Assembly (NCBI GenBank): GCA_963795085.1
Contig: CAWCFX010000001.1
Coordinates: 96,001 to 160,000 of the forward strand
Source of the DNA: an uncultured Gemmatimonadales bacterium
GTDB lineage: Bacteria; Gemmatimonadota; Gemmatimonadetes; Gemmatimonadales; GWC2-71-9
Reading direction: 5' to 3'
Length of the DNA stretch: 64,000 nt
Part shown: piece by piece, positions 51,346 through 62,187 of the stretch
Position numbering within the stretch: position 1 is the first letter of the stretch
How the letters are laid out: each line of letters opens with the position of its first letter
Program-made: the position numbers and the translations under genes
Notes under the pieces: generated by a model
What the model saw: the letters and a program-made list of their open reading frames with translations, nothing else
Told to the model about the DNA's origin: nothing
Databases searched by the model: none

Positions 51346-52013
51346 ACCGGTTCTACGCCGTCCTCGGCATAGTGGGGGTTGCGGGACTGGCCGTGATCGG
51401 ATATCTCGCCCTCGGGGGCGGGCGATCGGTTTCCATCCCGGTGGATGCCGCCATCCTGGCGGCCGACACCGCGGGCTTTCGCGGCTATCTGCTCGGCTCG
51501 GACTCCGCCCCCCTGGAGGTGACCGAGTATGCCGACTACCAGTGTCCGGGCTGCCAGCAGTTCGAGACGCTGCAGTTCCCCCAGGTCAAGCGGCAGCTGA
51601 TCGAGACCGGCCGGGTTCGCTGGCGCTACCGGGATTTCCCGCTGGACCAGATTCATCCCAATGCGCGGATCGCGGCCCACTCGGCCGCCTGCGCCAACGA
51701 CCAGAGCAAGTATTGGGAACAGCACCGGCTGATCTACGAAGGGCAGGCGGAGTGGTCGCCCCAGGGCAACCCGGCCGGGACCTTTGAGCGGTACGCCCAG
51801 CGGGCGGGCCTCAACCTGGCGGAGTACAAGGCCTGCATGGCCGAGGCGAAGTATGCGGGCCGGATCCAGGCCAGCCATGACGAGGCCCTCAAGATGAACG
51901 TCGGAGTGACGCCGACCTTTCTCATTGCCGGCCGGCTTTACCCCGGCGGCATGAACTCCGATGCGCTCAAGCGCCTCGTGGACTCCCTGGCCCCGGTTGC
52001 CCCGACGCCATGA
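51342..52013 (+). CDS. DsbA family thiol-disulfide oxidoreductase
   Basis: N-terminal TM, EYADYQCPGC, RDFPL, VTPTF. Confidence 0.9.
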   Translation: MNRFYAVLGIVGVAGLAVIGYLALGGGRSVSIPVDAAILAADTAGFRGYLLGSDSAPLEVTEYADYQCPGCQQFETLQFPQVKRQLIETGRVRWRYRDFPLDQIHPNARIAAHSAACANDQSKYWEQHRLIYEGQAEWSPQGNPAGTFERYAQRAGLNLAEYKACMAEAKYAGRIQASHDEALKMNVGVTPTFLIAGRLYPGGMNSDALKRLVDSLAPVAPTP

Positions 52014-52423
52014 AATACCGGATGGCCGTAGCACTCCTGGCCCTGGTTGGAGTGCTGCTGGCGACGTACCTGTACCTGTATAAGATCGGCGTGGTGGGGA
52101 CCATGGCCTGTGGCGCGGGTTCCTGTGAGCTGGTTCAGACCAGCCAGTGGAGCCGGTTCCTGGGCGTCGAGGTGTCGCTCATTGGGCTGCTGGGGTACCT
52201 CGGCATCTTCGGGGTCAGCCTGGCGGGCCTGCAGCCCGGCCAGCAGGAACGGCGCTGGCCGGACCGCGCCCTGGTGTTCCTCTCGGGGGGCGGGTTTCTC
52301 TTCTCCGCCTACCTCACCTACGTCGAATTGTTCGTGCTCGACGCCATCTGCCGCTGGTGCGTCGTGTCCGCGGTAATCATCACGCTGCTGTTCGTGGCAT
52401 CCATCCTGGCGTGGCGCCGGTGA
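52010..52423 (+). CDS. Vitamin K epoxide reductase (VKOR) family protein
   Basis: CGAGSC, SQWS, ICRWC. Confidence 0.92.
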   Translation: MKYRMAVALLALVGVLLATYLYLYKIGVVGTMACGAGSCELVQTSQWSRFLGVEVSLIGLLGYLGIFGVSLAGLQPGQQERRWPDRALVFLSGGGFLFSAYLTYVELFVLDAICRWCVVSAVIITLLFVASILAWRR

Positions 52424-54357
52424 CCGCATCCCATCCTGACATTCCCGACGATCATTCCCCGGCCCGGCCCGCTCCCCGGGGGAAGGCGCTTGCAATCCTC
52501 TCCCTGACCGCCCTGGGGGTGGTCTACGGCGATATCGGGACCAGCCCGCTCTACGCGCTCAAGGAATGTTTCTCCGGTCCCCATGGCCTGCCGCCCACCC
52601 GGGAGAACGTGCTGGGGGTGCTGTCGCTGATCTTCTGGTCCCTGAATTTCATCATTTCGCTCAAGTACGTCGCGATCATGCTCCGGGCGGACAACCGGGG
52701 CGAGGGCGGCATCCTGGCCCTGCTGGCGCTGTTGCGGCCCCGGGTCGTCAACCGGGGAGGTCGCTGGGCCCTGATCATGCTGGGCATCTTCGGGGCGGCG
52801 CTGCTGTACGGGGACGGAATCATCACGCCCGCGATCTCGGTGCTGGGCGCGGTCGAGGGTCTGAGCGTTGCGACCCACGCGCTGGAGCCCTATGTCGTCG
52901 GCATCAGCCTGGTGATCATCATCGGGCTCTTCCTGGCGCAGCGATTCGGGACCGCGGGGGTCGGCAAGATCTTCGGACCGGTCACCACCCTCTGGTTCAT
53001 CTGTATCGCGGCGCTCGGCGTGTACGGCATCTGGAACGAGCCGACGGTGCTGCGGGCCCTCAACCCGCTGTACATGGTCAGCTTCTTCGCCCGGGAGGGG
53101 CTTGAGGCCTTCCTCATCCTCGCGGCGGTGGTCCTGGTGGTGACCGGCGGCGAGGCCCTCTACGCCGACATGGGCCATTTCGGAAAGCGGCCCATCCGGC
53201 TGGCCTGGTTTGCCGTGGTGCTGCCGGCGCTGGTCCTCAACTATTTCGGCCAGGGCGCCCTCCTGCTCGAGCACCCCGAGGCCCGGACCAACCCGTTCTA
53301 CTTCCTGGTACCGTCCTGGGCACTCTACCCCATGGTAGTAATCGCCACCTCGGCGGCCGTGGTGGCGTCGCAGGCGCTGATCTCGGGTGCCTTTTCGCTG
53401 ACCCGGCAGGCGATCCAGCTCGGATACAGTCCCCGGGTCACCATCATCCACACCTCCCACAAGGAGCAGGGGCAGATCTACATCCCGGAGGTCAACTGGG
53501 CGCTGATGGTCGCCTGCGTCGCCCTGGTGCTGGCTTTTCAGAACTCCAGCAACCTCGCGGCGACCTACGGCGTCGCCGTGACCGGCACCATGACCGTTAC
53601 CACGCTTCTCTTCATGGCGGTGGCCCGGGAACGGTGGCACTGGGCCTGGTGGCGCGTGGCAATCACCGGCGGAATCCTGTTGCTGGTGGACCTGGCCTTC
53701 TTCCTGGCTAACCTGGTCAAGATCCCCGATGGCGGCTGGGTCCCCCTGGTGATCGCCGCGCTGGTGTTCGTCCTGATGTCCACCTGGAAGCGGGGCCGGC
53801 AATTCCTCACCATCGCGCTCAAGGAAAGCGCGCTGCCCCTCGGCGAGGTGATCAAGGACGTGGACCGCCGGCGCGTGCACCGGGTGCCGGGCAGCGCCGT
53901 GTTCATGACCTCGGACCCCGATGGCGCGCCCCCGGTGCTGCTGCACCATCTCAAACACAACAAGGTGCTGCACGAGAAGGTCATCCTGCTCTCGATCCAG
54001 AGCGAGGAAATCCCCACCGTCCCGGAGCGGGACCGGCTGGAGTTCAAGGAACTGGGGAGCGGGTTCTACCAGGTGATCGCCTACTACGGCTTCATGGAGT
54101 CGCCCGACGTGCGGGCGGTACTGCAGTCGCTGGCCCTCAAGGGCGATGCGATGGACGTGGGCGGTCTCACCGTCAAGGTGATGGAGACCACCTTCTACCT
54201 GGGCCGGGAAACCCTGATCCCCACCGGCCACGCGAAGATGGCCCGCTGGCGGAAGCGCCTCTTCATCATCATGACCCGGAACGCCCAGAGCGCCACCGCC
54301 TTCTTCAACCTGCCGCCTAACCGGGTTGTCGAGATGGGGGCCCAGATCCAGCTCTAA
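52420..54357 (+). CDS. kup: Potassium uptake protein Kup
   Basis: GVVYGDIGTSPLY, ADNRGEGG, GGEALYADMGHFG, GQIYIP. Confidence 0.96.
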   Translation: MTASHPDIPDDHSPARPAPRGKALAILSLTALGVVYGDIGTSPLYALKECFSGPHGLPPTRENVLGVLSLIFWSLNFIISLKYVAIMLRADNRGEGGILALLALLRPRVVNRGGRWALIMLGIFGAALLYGDGIITPAISVLGAVEGLSVATHALEPYVVGISLVIIIGLFLAQRFGTAGVGKIFGPVTTLWFICIAALGVYGIWNEPTVLRALNPLYMVSFFAREGLEAFLILAAVVLVVTGGEALYADMGHFGKRPIRLAWFAVVLPALVLNYFGQGALLLEHPEARTNPFYFLVPSWALYPMVVIATSAAVVASQALISGAFSLTRQAIQLGYSPRVTIIHTSHKEQGQIYIPEVNWALMVACVALVLAFQNSSNLAATYGVAVTGTMTVTTLLFMAVARERWHWAWWRVAITGGILLLVDLAFFLANLVKIPDGGWVPLVIAALVFVLMSTWKRGRQFLTIALKESALPLGEVIKDVDRRRVHRVPGSAVFMTSDPDGAPPVLLHHLKHNKVLHEKVILLSIQSEEIPTVPERDRLEFKELGSGFYQVIAYYGFMESPDVRAVLQSLALKGDAMDVGGLTVKVMETTFYLGRETLIPTGHAKMARWRKRLFIIMTRNAQSATAFFNLPPNRVVEMGAQIQL

Positions 54358-54376
54358 CGCGGCGCGTAACCTGGCC

Positions 54377-54411
54377 CTACCTGCTACTTGTCACTTCTCA
54401 CCTCTCACTTC

Positions 54412-54418
<7 letters not shown>
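54377..54418. repeat. 7-bp periodic repeat between convergent kup and acs
   Basis: ctacctg ctacttg tcacttc tcacctc tcacttc tcacccc. Confidence 0.65.
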
Positions 54419-56367
<1,949 letters not shown>

Positions 56368-56537
56368 CGGATTCGTGGTTGGGTGGAGTTTGCAAGGTAA
56401 TCCCAAGCAGGTTCTTGCAGCTACGCCGAGAGTTGCATCTGGTCGTTTTGCTAAAAGCTTGCGAACGGCTAGGGACCGGCCTGGTGACCCGCCCCACACG
56501 CGAAATGTATCTCATTTTCCGGGAACACTTTACTGAA

Positions 56538-56554
56538 TTGGCACCCGTCTGGCA
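56538..56554 (+). promoter_or_regulatory. Sigma54-like (-24/-12) promoter
   Basis: TTGGCAC-CCGTC-TGGCA, GG-N10-GC spacing; one mismatch at -12. Confidence 0.6.
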
Positions 56555-56584
56555 TTAACGGGGGACGAGGAACAGTGGACAACT

Positions 56585-56684
56585 GATCCGCCCGATAAGA
56601 GCACACCCGGAGTGATCCGGGGCCGCAAAACTGGAGGTCTCGCCGCGGGTCGCGGCCGAGATAGCTCGGTGCCGAAGGTGGGAT
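56585..56684 (+). ncRNA. GEMM-I (c-di-GMP-I family) riboswitch, A20 variant (candidate c-AMP-GMP sensor)
   Basis: A-GCACAC-CCGGA-GUGA-UCCGG-GGCCGCAAAAC...GGUCU-stem-AGAUAGC...GUGCCGAA; gapless alignment by eye to Vc2 positions 20-51. Confidence 0.85.
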
Positions 56685-56763
56685 GCAGCGCGATCTGCGT
56701 GATGCGTCAGGCCTGAGTCCGCGGCGAAGCACCACGCTTCGTGCATCGGGCGGTGGAGGACAC

Positions 56764-57075
56764 ATGACCGCTCACTCGAGGATTCACATGATTGCCGCTC
56801 CTGAGCACCTGGGACTGGATTCCAGGAACGAGTTCCGCAAGGCCGCCGTGACGCTGCTGGAGCAGCTGCCGGAGGGGGATGGCCGCCTGGTGATCGACCT
56901 GGGCTCCACCCGCAAGGTTGATTCGGCCGGTCTCGGGGCCCTGATGCTGATCCAGCGGCGGGCCGCCGAACGGCGCCAGTCGGTGATCCTCCGGAATGCC
57001 AGCGACGAGCTGCGTTATCTCCTGGTGCTGACCAAGCTGGACGACCTCTTCACCATGGAATCGCCCGCCGCCTGA
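56764..57075 (+). CDS. STAS domain anti-sigma factor antagonist
   Basis: LVIDL...VDSAGLGAL (conserved Ser), LTKLDDLF; SD GGAGGA. Confidence 0.9.
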   Translation: MTAHSRIHMIAAPEHLGLDSRNEFRKAAVTLLEQLPEGDGRLVIDLGSTRKVDSAGLGALMLIQRRAAERRQSVILRNASDELRYLLVLTKLDDLFTMESPAA

Positions 57076-57184
57076 GGCGGCCCTCCCCCTCCGCTCTCCA
57101 TTCTCAGGACAGACCCGTGATATATTAACCCGGTCTGCGGCGGACGTGTCCCCGCCGAGTCCGGGTTTGTCTTATCGGGGTGCC

Positions 57185-57553
57185 ATGACCGCACCATCTC
57201 CACGCCGGAAGATTCTCTTCGTCGAGGACGAAGGCTCGCTCCGGACCAGCTACCAGCGCTATTTCGGCGACCGCTACGACCTGGTATTCGCCACCACCGG
57301 GTCGGAGGCGTTGACCAAGCTGACGGCGGAGCAGCCGGACGTCATGGTCCTCGACATGCGGCTTCCCGATACCAACGGGATCGAGATTCTTCGCCAGATC
57401 CGGCAGGACAACCAGTCGCTGCCCGTCATCATCACCACGTCCTACCTCAGCGTCGAGCCCCAGCTCCGAATGCTCGGCCTGGCCTACAGCGGGTACCTCC
57501 TCAAGCCATTTCGCCTGCACGAGCTCGATGTCCGTATAGATGCCGCCCGCTGA
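57185..57553 (+). CDS. Single-domain response regulator
   Basis: ILFVEDE, VLDMRLP, IITTS, LLKPF; overlaps the ccmA start. Confidence 0.88.
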   Translation: MTAPSPRRKILFVEDEGSLRTSYQRYFGDRYDLVFATTGSEALTKLTAEQPDVMVLDMRLPDTNGIEILRQIRQDNQSLPVIITTSYLSVEPQLRMLGLAYSGYLLKPFRLHELDVRIDAAR

Positions 57554-58256
57554 GGCCCCCGTTCTCGAGGCCCGGGCGGTTACCAAGCGGTTCGGTCCGT
57601 CTCCCGTGCTGCGCAACGTGGATCTTTGCCTGCGGCAGGGAGACATTCTGCTGGTGCTGGGCCAGAACGGATCCGGCAAGACCACGCTGCTCCGCCTGCT
57701 GGCCGGGTTGCTGCGCCCAACCGCAGGCTCCGTGCATCTTCATGGCGCCGACTTCCAGGCTGGCGCGGTGGCTCTCCGGGCCGGCATCGGCTATCTCAGT
57801 CACCGTTCCCACCTCTATGACGAACTTACTCTCCGGGAGAACCTCCAGTTCGCGGCCCGGCTCTTTGGCCTGGCCGACCGGAACGCGGTGGTGGAAGAGG
57901 CGCTGGTCCTGGCCCGGCTCGATGCCAGGGCCGACGACCGGGTCGGCCGGCTGAGCCGGGGGATGCAGCAGCGGGCGGCCCTGGCGCGCGCCTTCCTGCA
58001 CCGGCCCGGGGTACTCCTTCTCGATGAGCCGTTCACGGCCCTGGATACCAGGTCGGCCGAGCGGATCAGAGGCTGGCTCACCGACCGGGCGGCGGAGCGC
58101 CGCGCCATGGTGATCGTCACCCACCAGCCGGACACCCTGTGGGGACTCGCCACCCGGGTGGGGGTGCTGGCCGGCGGGCAGTGGGCCATCCTGGAGGATC
58201 GCCCGAACAGCCTTGAGGAGTTTCTCGGCCGCTACCGGGATGTCAGCCATGTCTGA
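57540..58256 (+). CDS. ccmA: Heme exporter ATP-binding protein
   Basis: GQNGSGKT, LSRGMQQR, LLDEPFTALD; operon context. Confidence 0.9.
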   Translation: MPPAEAPVLEARAVTKRFGPSPVLRNVDLCLRQGDILLVLGQNGSGKTTLLRLLAGLLRPTAGSVHLHGADFQAGAVALRAGIGYLSHRSHLYDELTLRENLQFAARLFGLADRNAVVEEALVLARLDARADDRVGRLSRGMQQRAALARAFLHRPGVLLLDEPFTALDTRSAERIRGWLTDRAAERRAMVIVTHQPDTLWGLATRVGVLAGGQWAILEDRPNSLEEFLGRYRDVSHV

Positions 58257-58938
58257 GAACGGCTCCCGCTGGGGCGCGGCCATGGCGATCGCGGCCAAGG
58301 ACCTGCGGCTCGAGTTCCGGGGGAAGACGGCGCTCCTGTCGGCTGCCATGTTTGCGGCGCTGGTGCTGATCGTCTTCAATTTTTCGCGGGACGCGACGCT
58401 GGTGTCCAACGTGGACCTGGCGCCCAGCGTGCTCTGGGTGACCTTCGCGTTCGCCTCGGTGGTCACCCTCAACCGGGCCTTTCATCTGGAACGGGAGAAC
58501 GGCGCCTTCGACGGCCTTCGGCTGGCCCCGGTGTCCCGGGAGAGCATCTACTTCGGCAAGCTCATCGCCAACCTGGTCTTCGTGTTCCTGGTGGAGGCCG
58601 TAACCTTTCCCCTGTTCATCCTGTTCTTTGGCGTGGATGTGAGCGGGTCCTGGGCGGGCATTGCCGGGGTCATGGCGCTGGCTTCGATCGGGTTCGTCGC
58701 GGTGGGAACGGTGTTCAGCGCGATGGTGGTTCGGACCCGGTTCGCGGAGCTGATGCTGCCGGTGCTGCTGCTGCCCTTCATGGTGCCCCCGCTGATCGGG
58801 GCGACCCAGGCCACCTCCCGGCTGCTCTCGGGCCGTCCATTGAGCGAGGTCTGGGGCTGGCTTAGGTTACTCGGACTCTATGATATCGTGTTCGTGACTC
58901 TCTGCGCCCTCACGTTCTGGGCGGTGGTGGACGAATGA
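58249..58938 (+). CDS. ccmB: Heme exporter protein B
   Basis: KDLRLEFR, ERENG, LPVLLLP. Confidence 0.92.
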   Translation: MSENGSRWGAAMAIAAKDLRLEFRGKTALLSAAMFAALVLIVFNFSRDATLVSNVDLAPSVLWVTFAFASVVTLNRAFHLERENGAFDGLRLAPVSRESIYFGKLIANLVFVFLVEAVTFPLFILFFGVDVSGSWAGIAGVMALASIGFVAVGTVFSAMVVRTRFAELMLPVLLLPFMVPPLIGATQATSRLLSGRPLSEVWGWLRLLGLYDIVFVTLCALTFWAVVDE

Positions 58939-59633
58939 CAACCCGGATCCCCGGCCACACTCCGATCCGCCTGGGCCTCGGGCTCAGCCTGCTGGCCCTG
59001 CTGGGCCTGGCCGGGGTTTACCTGCTCGCGATCGAGCACACGCCGACCGAGATCCGCCAGGGGCTGGCACAGAAGATCTTCTACCTGCACGCCCCGGCCG
59101 CGTGGTCCGCCCTCCTGTCGTTCAGCCTGGTGGGGATCGTCAGCGTGCTGTACCTCTGGCTGCGGGATCCCCGGCTCGACCTGTTCGCCGCCGCTTCCGT
59201 CGAAGTCGGGCTGGTGTTCAGCATGGTGATGCTGACCACCGGCCCCATCTGGGGCAAGCCGATCTGGGGGACCTGGTGGACCTGGGACCCGCGGCTCACC
59301 CTCACGCTGCTGCTCTTCCTGATCTTCATCGGTTATCTCGCGCTGCGGACCGCGCTCACCGACCGGTCCGAGCGGGCCCGGTTCAGCGCGGTTATCGGCA
59401 TCATGGGACTCCTGCTGGTACCGTTCATTCACCTGAGCGTGTACCTCTTCCGCACCATGCACCCGACCCCCATCGTCCTCAAGCCGAGCGCCCCATCGCT
59501 TCCGCCGGTGATGCTCCGGACGCTGCTGATCTCCTTTGGAGTCTCCACCCTGCTCTATACCGGGTTCGTGATGGTGCGGTATGGACTCGCCCTCCGCGCC
59601 CATGCCCGGGAAGAGGCTGAATATGCCGCCTGA
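58935..59633 (+). CDS. ccmC: Heme exporter protein C
   Basis: IFYLHAP, WGKPIWGTWWTWDPRLT (WWD domain), TMHP. Confidence 0.95.
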   Translation: MTTRIPGHTPIRLGLGLSLLALLGLAGVYLLAIEHTPTEIRQGLAQKIFYLHAPAAWSALLSFSLVGIVSVLYLWLRDPRLDLFAAASVEVGLVFSMVMLTTGPIWGKPIWGTWWTWDPRLTLTLLLFLIFIGYLALRTALTDRSERARFSAVIGIMGLLLVPFIHLSVYLFRTMHPTPIVLKPSAPSLPPVMLRTLLISFGVSTLLYTGFVMVRYGLALRAHAREEAEYAA

Positions 59634-59745
59634 ACCCCCCCCCAACGGCGAATACATGGTGGCGGCGTACGTCGTCACCGGCGCCATCTATCTCGGCTAC
59701 TTCGTGTCGCTCTGGATCCGGGGACGGCGGGCCCTGCGAGGGTAA
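59623..59745 (+). CDS. ccmD: Heme exporter protein D (40 aa, below ORF-track cutoff)
   Basis: MPPEPPPNGEYMVAAYVVTGAIYLGYFVSLWIRGRRALRG; YxxAAY, TM, basic tail; overlaps the ccmC stop. Confidence 0.85.
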   Translation: MPPEPPPNGEYMVAAYVVTGAIYLGYFVSLWIRGRRALRG

Positions 59746-59752
59746 AAGCGGT

Positions 59753-60149
59753 GCCAGCCGACCACGGCCGAACTACAAACGAGGAAACCACATGAAGGCC
59801 GAGGCGCGTGGTCCGTTTCGGCCATTGTTTTCTGCTTTCGCGCTTTGGTGTCCCCCTCAGGGCCAAACCCACAAGACGCCAGCCAACCACGACCGAACAA
59901 CAAACGACGCACAACAAGAAGGCCGAAGCGGGTGATGCCGTTTCGGCCATTGTCTTGCTTTCGTGCTTGGTGTCCCCCTCAGGGCCAAAACCCATGAGAC
60001 GCCAGCCTACTACGACCAAACTACAAACGACAAAAAAACAACAAGGCCGAAAGGGGTGGTGCCGTTTGGATCGTCTGTTCTTCTTTTCGTGCGTTGTTGT
60101 CCCCTCAGGATCTCATCCCTAAGACACCAGCCGACCACGGCCGAACTAC
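59753..60149. repeat. ~124-bp diverged tandem repeat (3 units + partial 4th), each containing a long hairpin
   Basis: Units start at 59753, 59878, 60001 and 60126; shared CCAGCC.AC.ACG.CC.AAC.AC, AAGGCCGA, CCCCTCAGG, AGAC. Confidence 0.92.
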
Positions 60150-60166
60150 CGAGACACCGGCCGTAT

Positions 60167-60841
60167 TCAAGCCGTTTGCTTTCCCAGGAGCACCCGGTCC
60201 CACAGGAGGGCGGCCAGGGCGCCTCCCACCAGGGGTCCGATCCAGTACACTGCGTGGGCGGTCCAGACCCCGGAGATGGCGGCGGGTCCGAAGACCCGCG
60301 CCGGGTTGAGCGCCGCGCCGGTGAGCGGGCCCCCGACCAGGGTCGCGAAGAAGAGCACCAGGCCAACGCCGAAGCCGCCGATCTTCGGGGCCTCGGGATT
60401 GACGCAGGTCCCGAACACGGCGGAGACGAGGAAGAAGGTCAACAGGGCCTCCAGCGCCATGGCGACCGGCAGGGTGATGCTGCCGGACACGGTCGGCGTC
60501 CCCACCAGCATGGCGCGGACCGCGGGGGCTGGAAGCAGCAACTTGAGCGCGAGCGCGGCGAGGGTGGCGCCCGCCAGTTGGGCCGCGATGTAGATGGCCG
60601 CGTTTTTCCCGTCGATCCGGCGGCCGAGCAGGAGACCGATGGTGACAGCCGGATTGAGGTGCCCGCCGGAAATCGCCATGGTGGCGCTCACCATGACCGA
60701 GAGCACGATGGCATGGGCCAGGGCGATGCCGAGCAGCCCGAAGCCGCCGGTACCGCTGGTGATGACGGCACCGGCGGCAAAGAATACGAGACCGAACGTA
60801 CCCAGGAGTTCAGCGACCGCACGACGGGTCTGAGATGCCAT
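60167..60841 (-). CDS. MIP/aquaporin family channel
   Basis: SGGHLNPAVT and GAALNPAR. Confidence 0.93.
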   Translation of the reverse strand: MASQTRRAVAELLGTFGLVFFAAGAVITSGTGGFGLLGIALAHAIVLSVMVSATMAISGGHLNPAVTIGLLLGRRIDGKNAAIYIAAQLAGATLAALALKLLLPAPAVRAMLVGTPTVSGSITLPVAMALEALLTFFLVSAVFGTCVNPEAPKIGGFGVGLVLFFATLVGGPLTGAALNPARVFGPAAISGVWTAHAVYWIGPLVGGALAALLWDRVLLGKQTA

Positions 60842-60939
60842 ATCTGCCTCGGATGAAGGTGGAGTCGGCGCGGATTATAGCGGAAACCGGAGGCGGATTC
60901 TAGGGATTGCAGGGCCGAAGAGAATGAGACCCGCGACCA

Positions 60940-62187
60940 TCAATCCGGGCCTCGCTTGAACACCAGCGAGGCGTTGATCCCCCCGAACCCGAAGGAGTTG
61001 CTCAGCATGTATTCGGGCGAGGCGGCCAGCCCTTCGCCCACCAGGTAGTCCAGGTCGCAGGCGGGATCCGGAGTGGAAAGGTTCACATTGGGCGGCAGCC
61101 AGCCACGCTCGCTGGCCAGGGCGCAGATCGCAGCCTCGATGGCGCCGGAGGCGCCCAGGGCATGACCGTAGTACCCCTTGGTGCCGGAGAGGGGGATCCG
61201 GTAGGCGTGGTCGCCGAAGACCTGCTTGATGGACGCCGTCTCGGTCGGGTCGTTGAGCGGGGTGCTCGAGCCGTGGGCATTGATATAGCCGACCGCCTCA
61301 GGAGCGATCCGGGCCTCCGCCAGCGCCAGCTTCATGGCCCGGGCCGCCTGGCGGCCATCGGGCCGGGGCGCGGTCATGTGGTGGGCATCGTTGGTGAGGC
61401 CGTAGCCGCACACCTCGGTGTAGATCCGGGCGCCCCGGGCCAAAGCCCGGCTCCGCTCCTCCAGGACCAGGACCGCCGCCCCTTCCGCCATCACGAACCC
61501 GTCGCGGCCGGCGTCGAACGGGCGGCTGGCGCTTTCCGGGTCGCCGTTGCGGGTGGACATGGCCCGGATGATGGCAAAGGCGCCGTACGCCAGGGGCGAG
61601 AGGGGCGCCTCGACGCCACCGGCCAGCATGATGTCGGCCTCGCCCCGCTGGATCGCCCGGAGCGCGTCGCCGATGGCAATGGTGCCGGAGGCGCAGCTCA
61701 TGCCGTTGGTGGAGTTGGGGCCGGTGATGCCGAACTCGATCGCCACGTTGCAGCTCGAGGCGCCGGCGAAGACCTTGAGTGCCAGGGAAGGATCCACCTC
61801 CCGTATACCCCCCGTGAGATACGCATGGTGCTGCGACTCGGCCTCGGCCACGCCGCCGAGCGCGGTCCCCATCATGACGCCGAACTGGTCCGGATCCCCC
61901 TTTCGTGAGTCGATCTCCGCATCCTCCAGCGCCAGCCTCGACGCCGCGATGCTGAACAGCGCGAACCGGTCCAGCCTGCGGGCCCGCCGCTCCTCGACAT
62001 GATCCGAATTGTGGAAATCGTTGACTTCCGCGGCTATGTGACATTTGAACGGCGAGGGGTCGAACCGGGTAACGGTCCGCACCGCCGACTGCCGCCGCTG
62101 GAGGCCGCTCCAGAAGTTTTCCTTGCCGGTGCCGATCGGCGAAATGATCCCGACGCCAGTGACGACCGCCCTGCGCTGCCTATCCAT
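60940..62187 (-). CDS. fabF: Beta-ketoacyl-ACP synthase II-like ketosynthase
   Basis: MSCASG (Cys), NAHGSST (His), GHALGASG (His), NSFGFGG. Confidence 0.85.
   Translation of the reverse strand: MDRQRRAVVTGVGIISPIGTGKENFWSGLQRRQSAVRTVTRFDPSPFKCHIAAEVNDFHNSDHVEERRARRLDRFALFSIAASRLALEDAEIDSRKGDPDQFGVMMGTALGGVAEAESQHHAYLTGGIREVDPSLALKVFAGASSCNVAIEFGITGPNSTNGMSCASGTIAIGDALRAIQRGEADIMLAGGVEAPLSPLAYGAFAIIRAMSTRNGDPESASRPFDAGRDGFVMAEGAAVLVLEERSRALARGARIYTEVCGYGLTNDAHHMTAPRPDGRQAARAMKLALAEARIAPEAVGYINAHGSSTPLNDPTETASIKQVFGDHAYRIPLSGTKGYYGHALGASGAIEAAICALASERGWLPPNVNLSTPDPACDLDYLVGEGLAASPEYMLSNSFGFGGINASLVFKRGPD

Noticed and set aside
51342..52423. DsbA-VKOR pair as a novel system
   Set aside because: This is a well-known alternative to DsbA-DsbB.
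59753..60149. CRISPR array
   Set aside because: The units are homologous along their whole length, so there are no unique spacers, and no cas genes are present.
59753..60149. Hammerhead ribozyme (minus-strand CUGAGG...GAAA)
   Set aside because: The core is CUGAGGG rather than CUGANGA, and no stem II forms.
59675..60366. ORFs across the 124-bp array
   Set aside because: They are low-complexity translations of the repeat with no recognisable domain.
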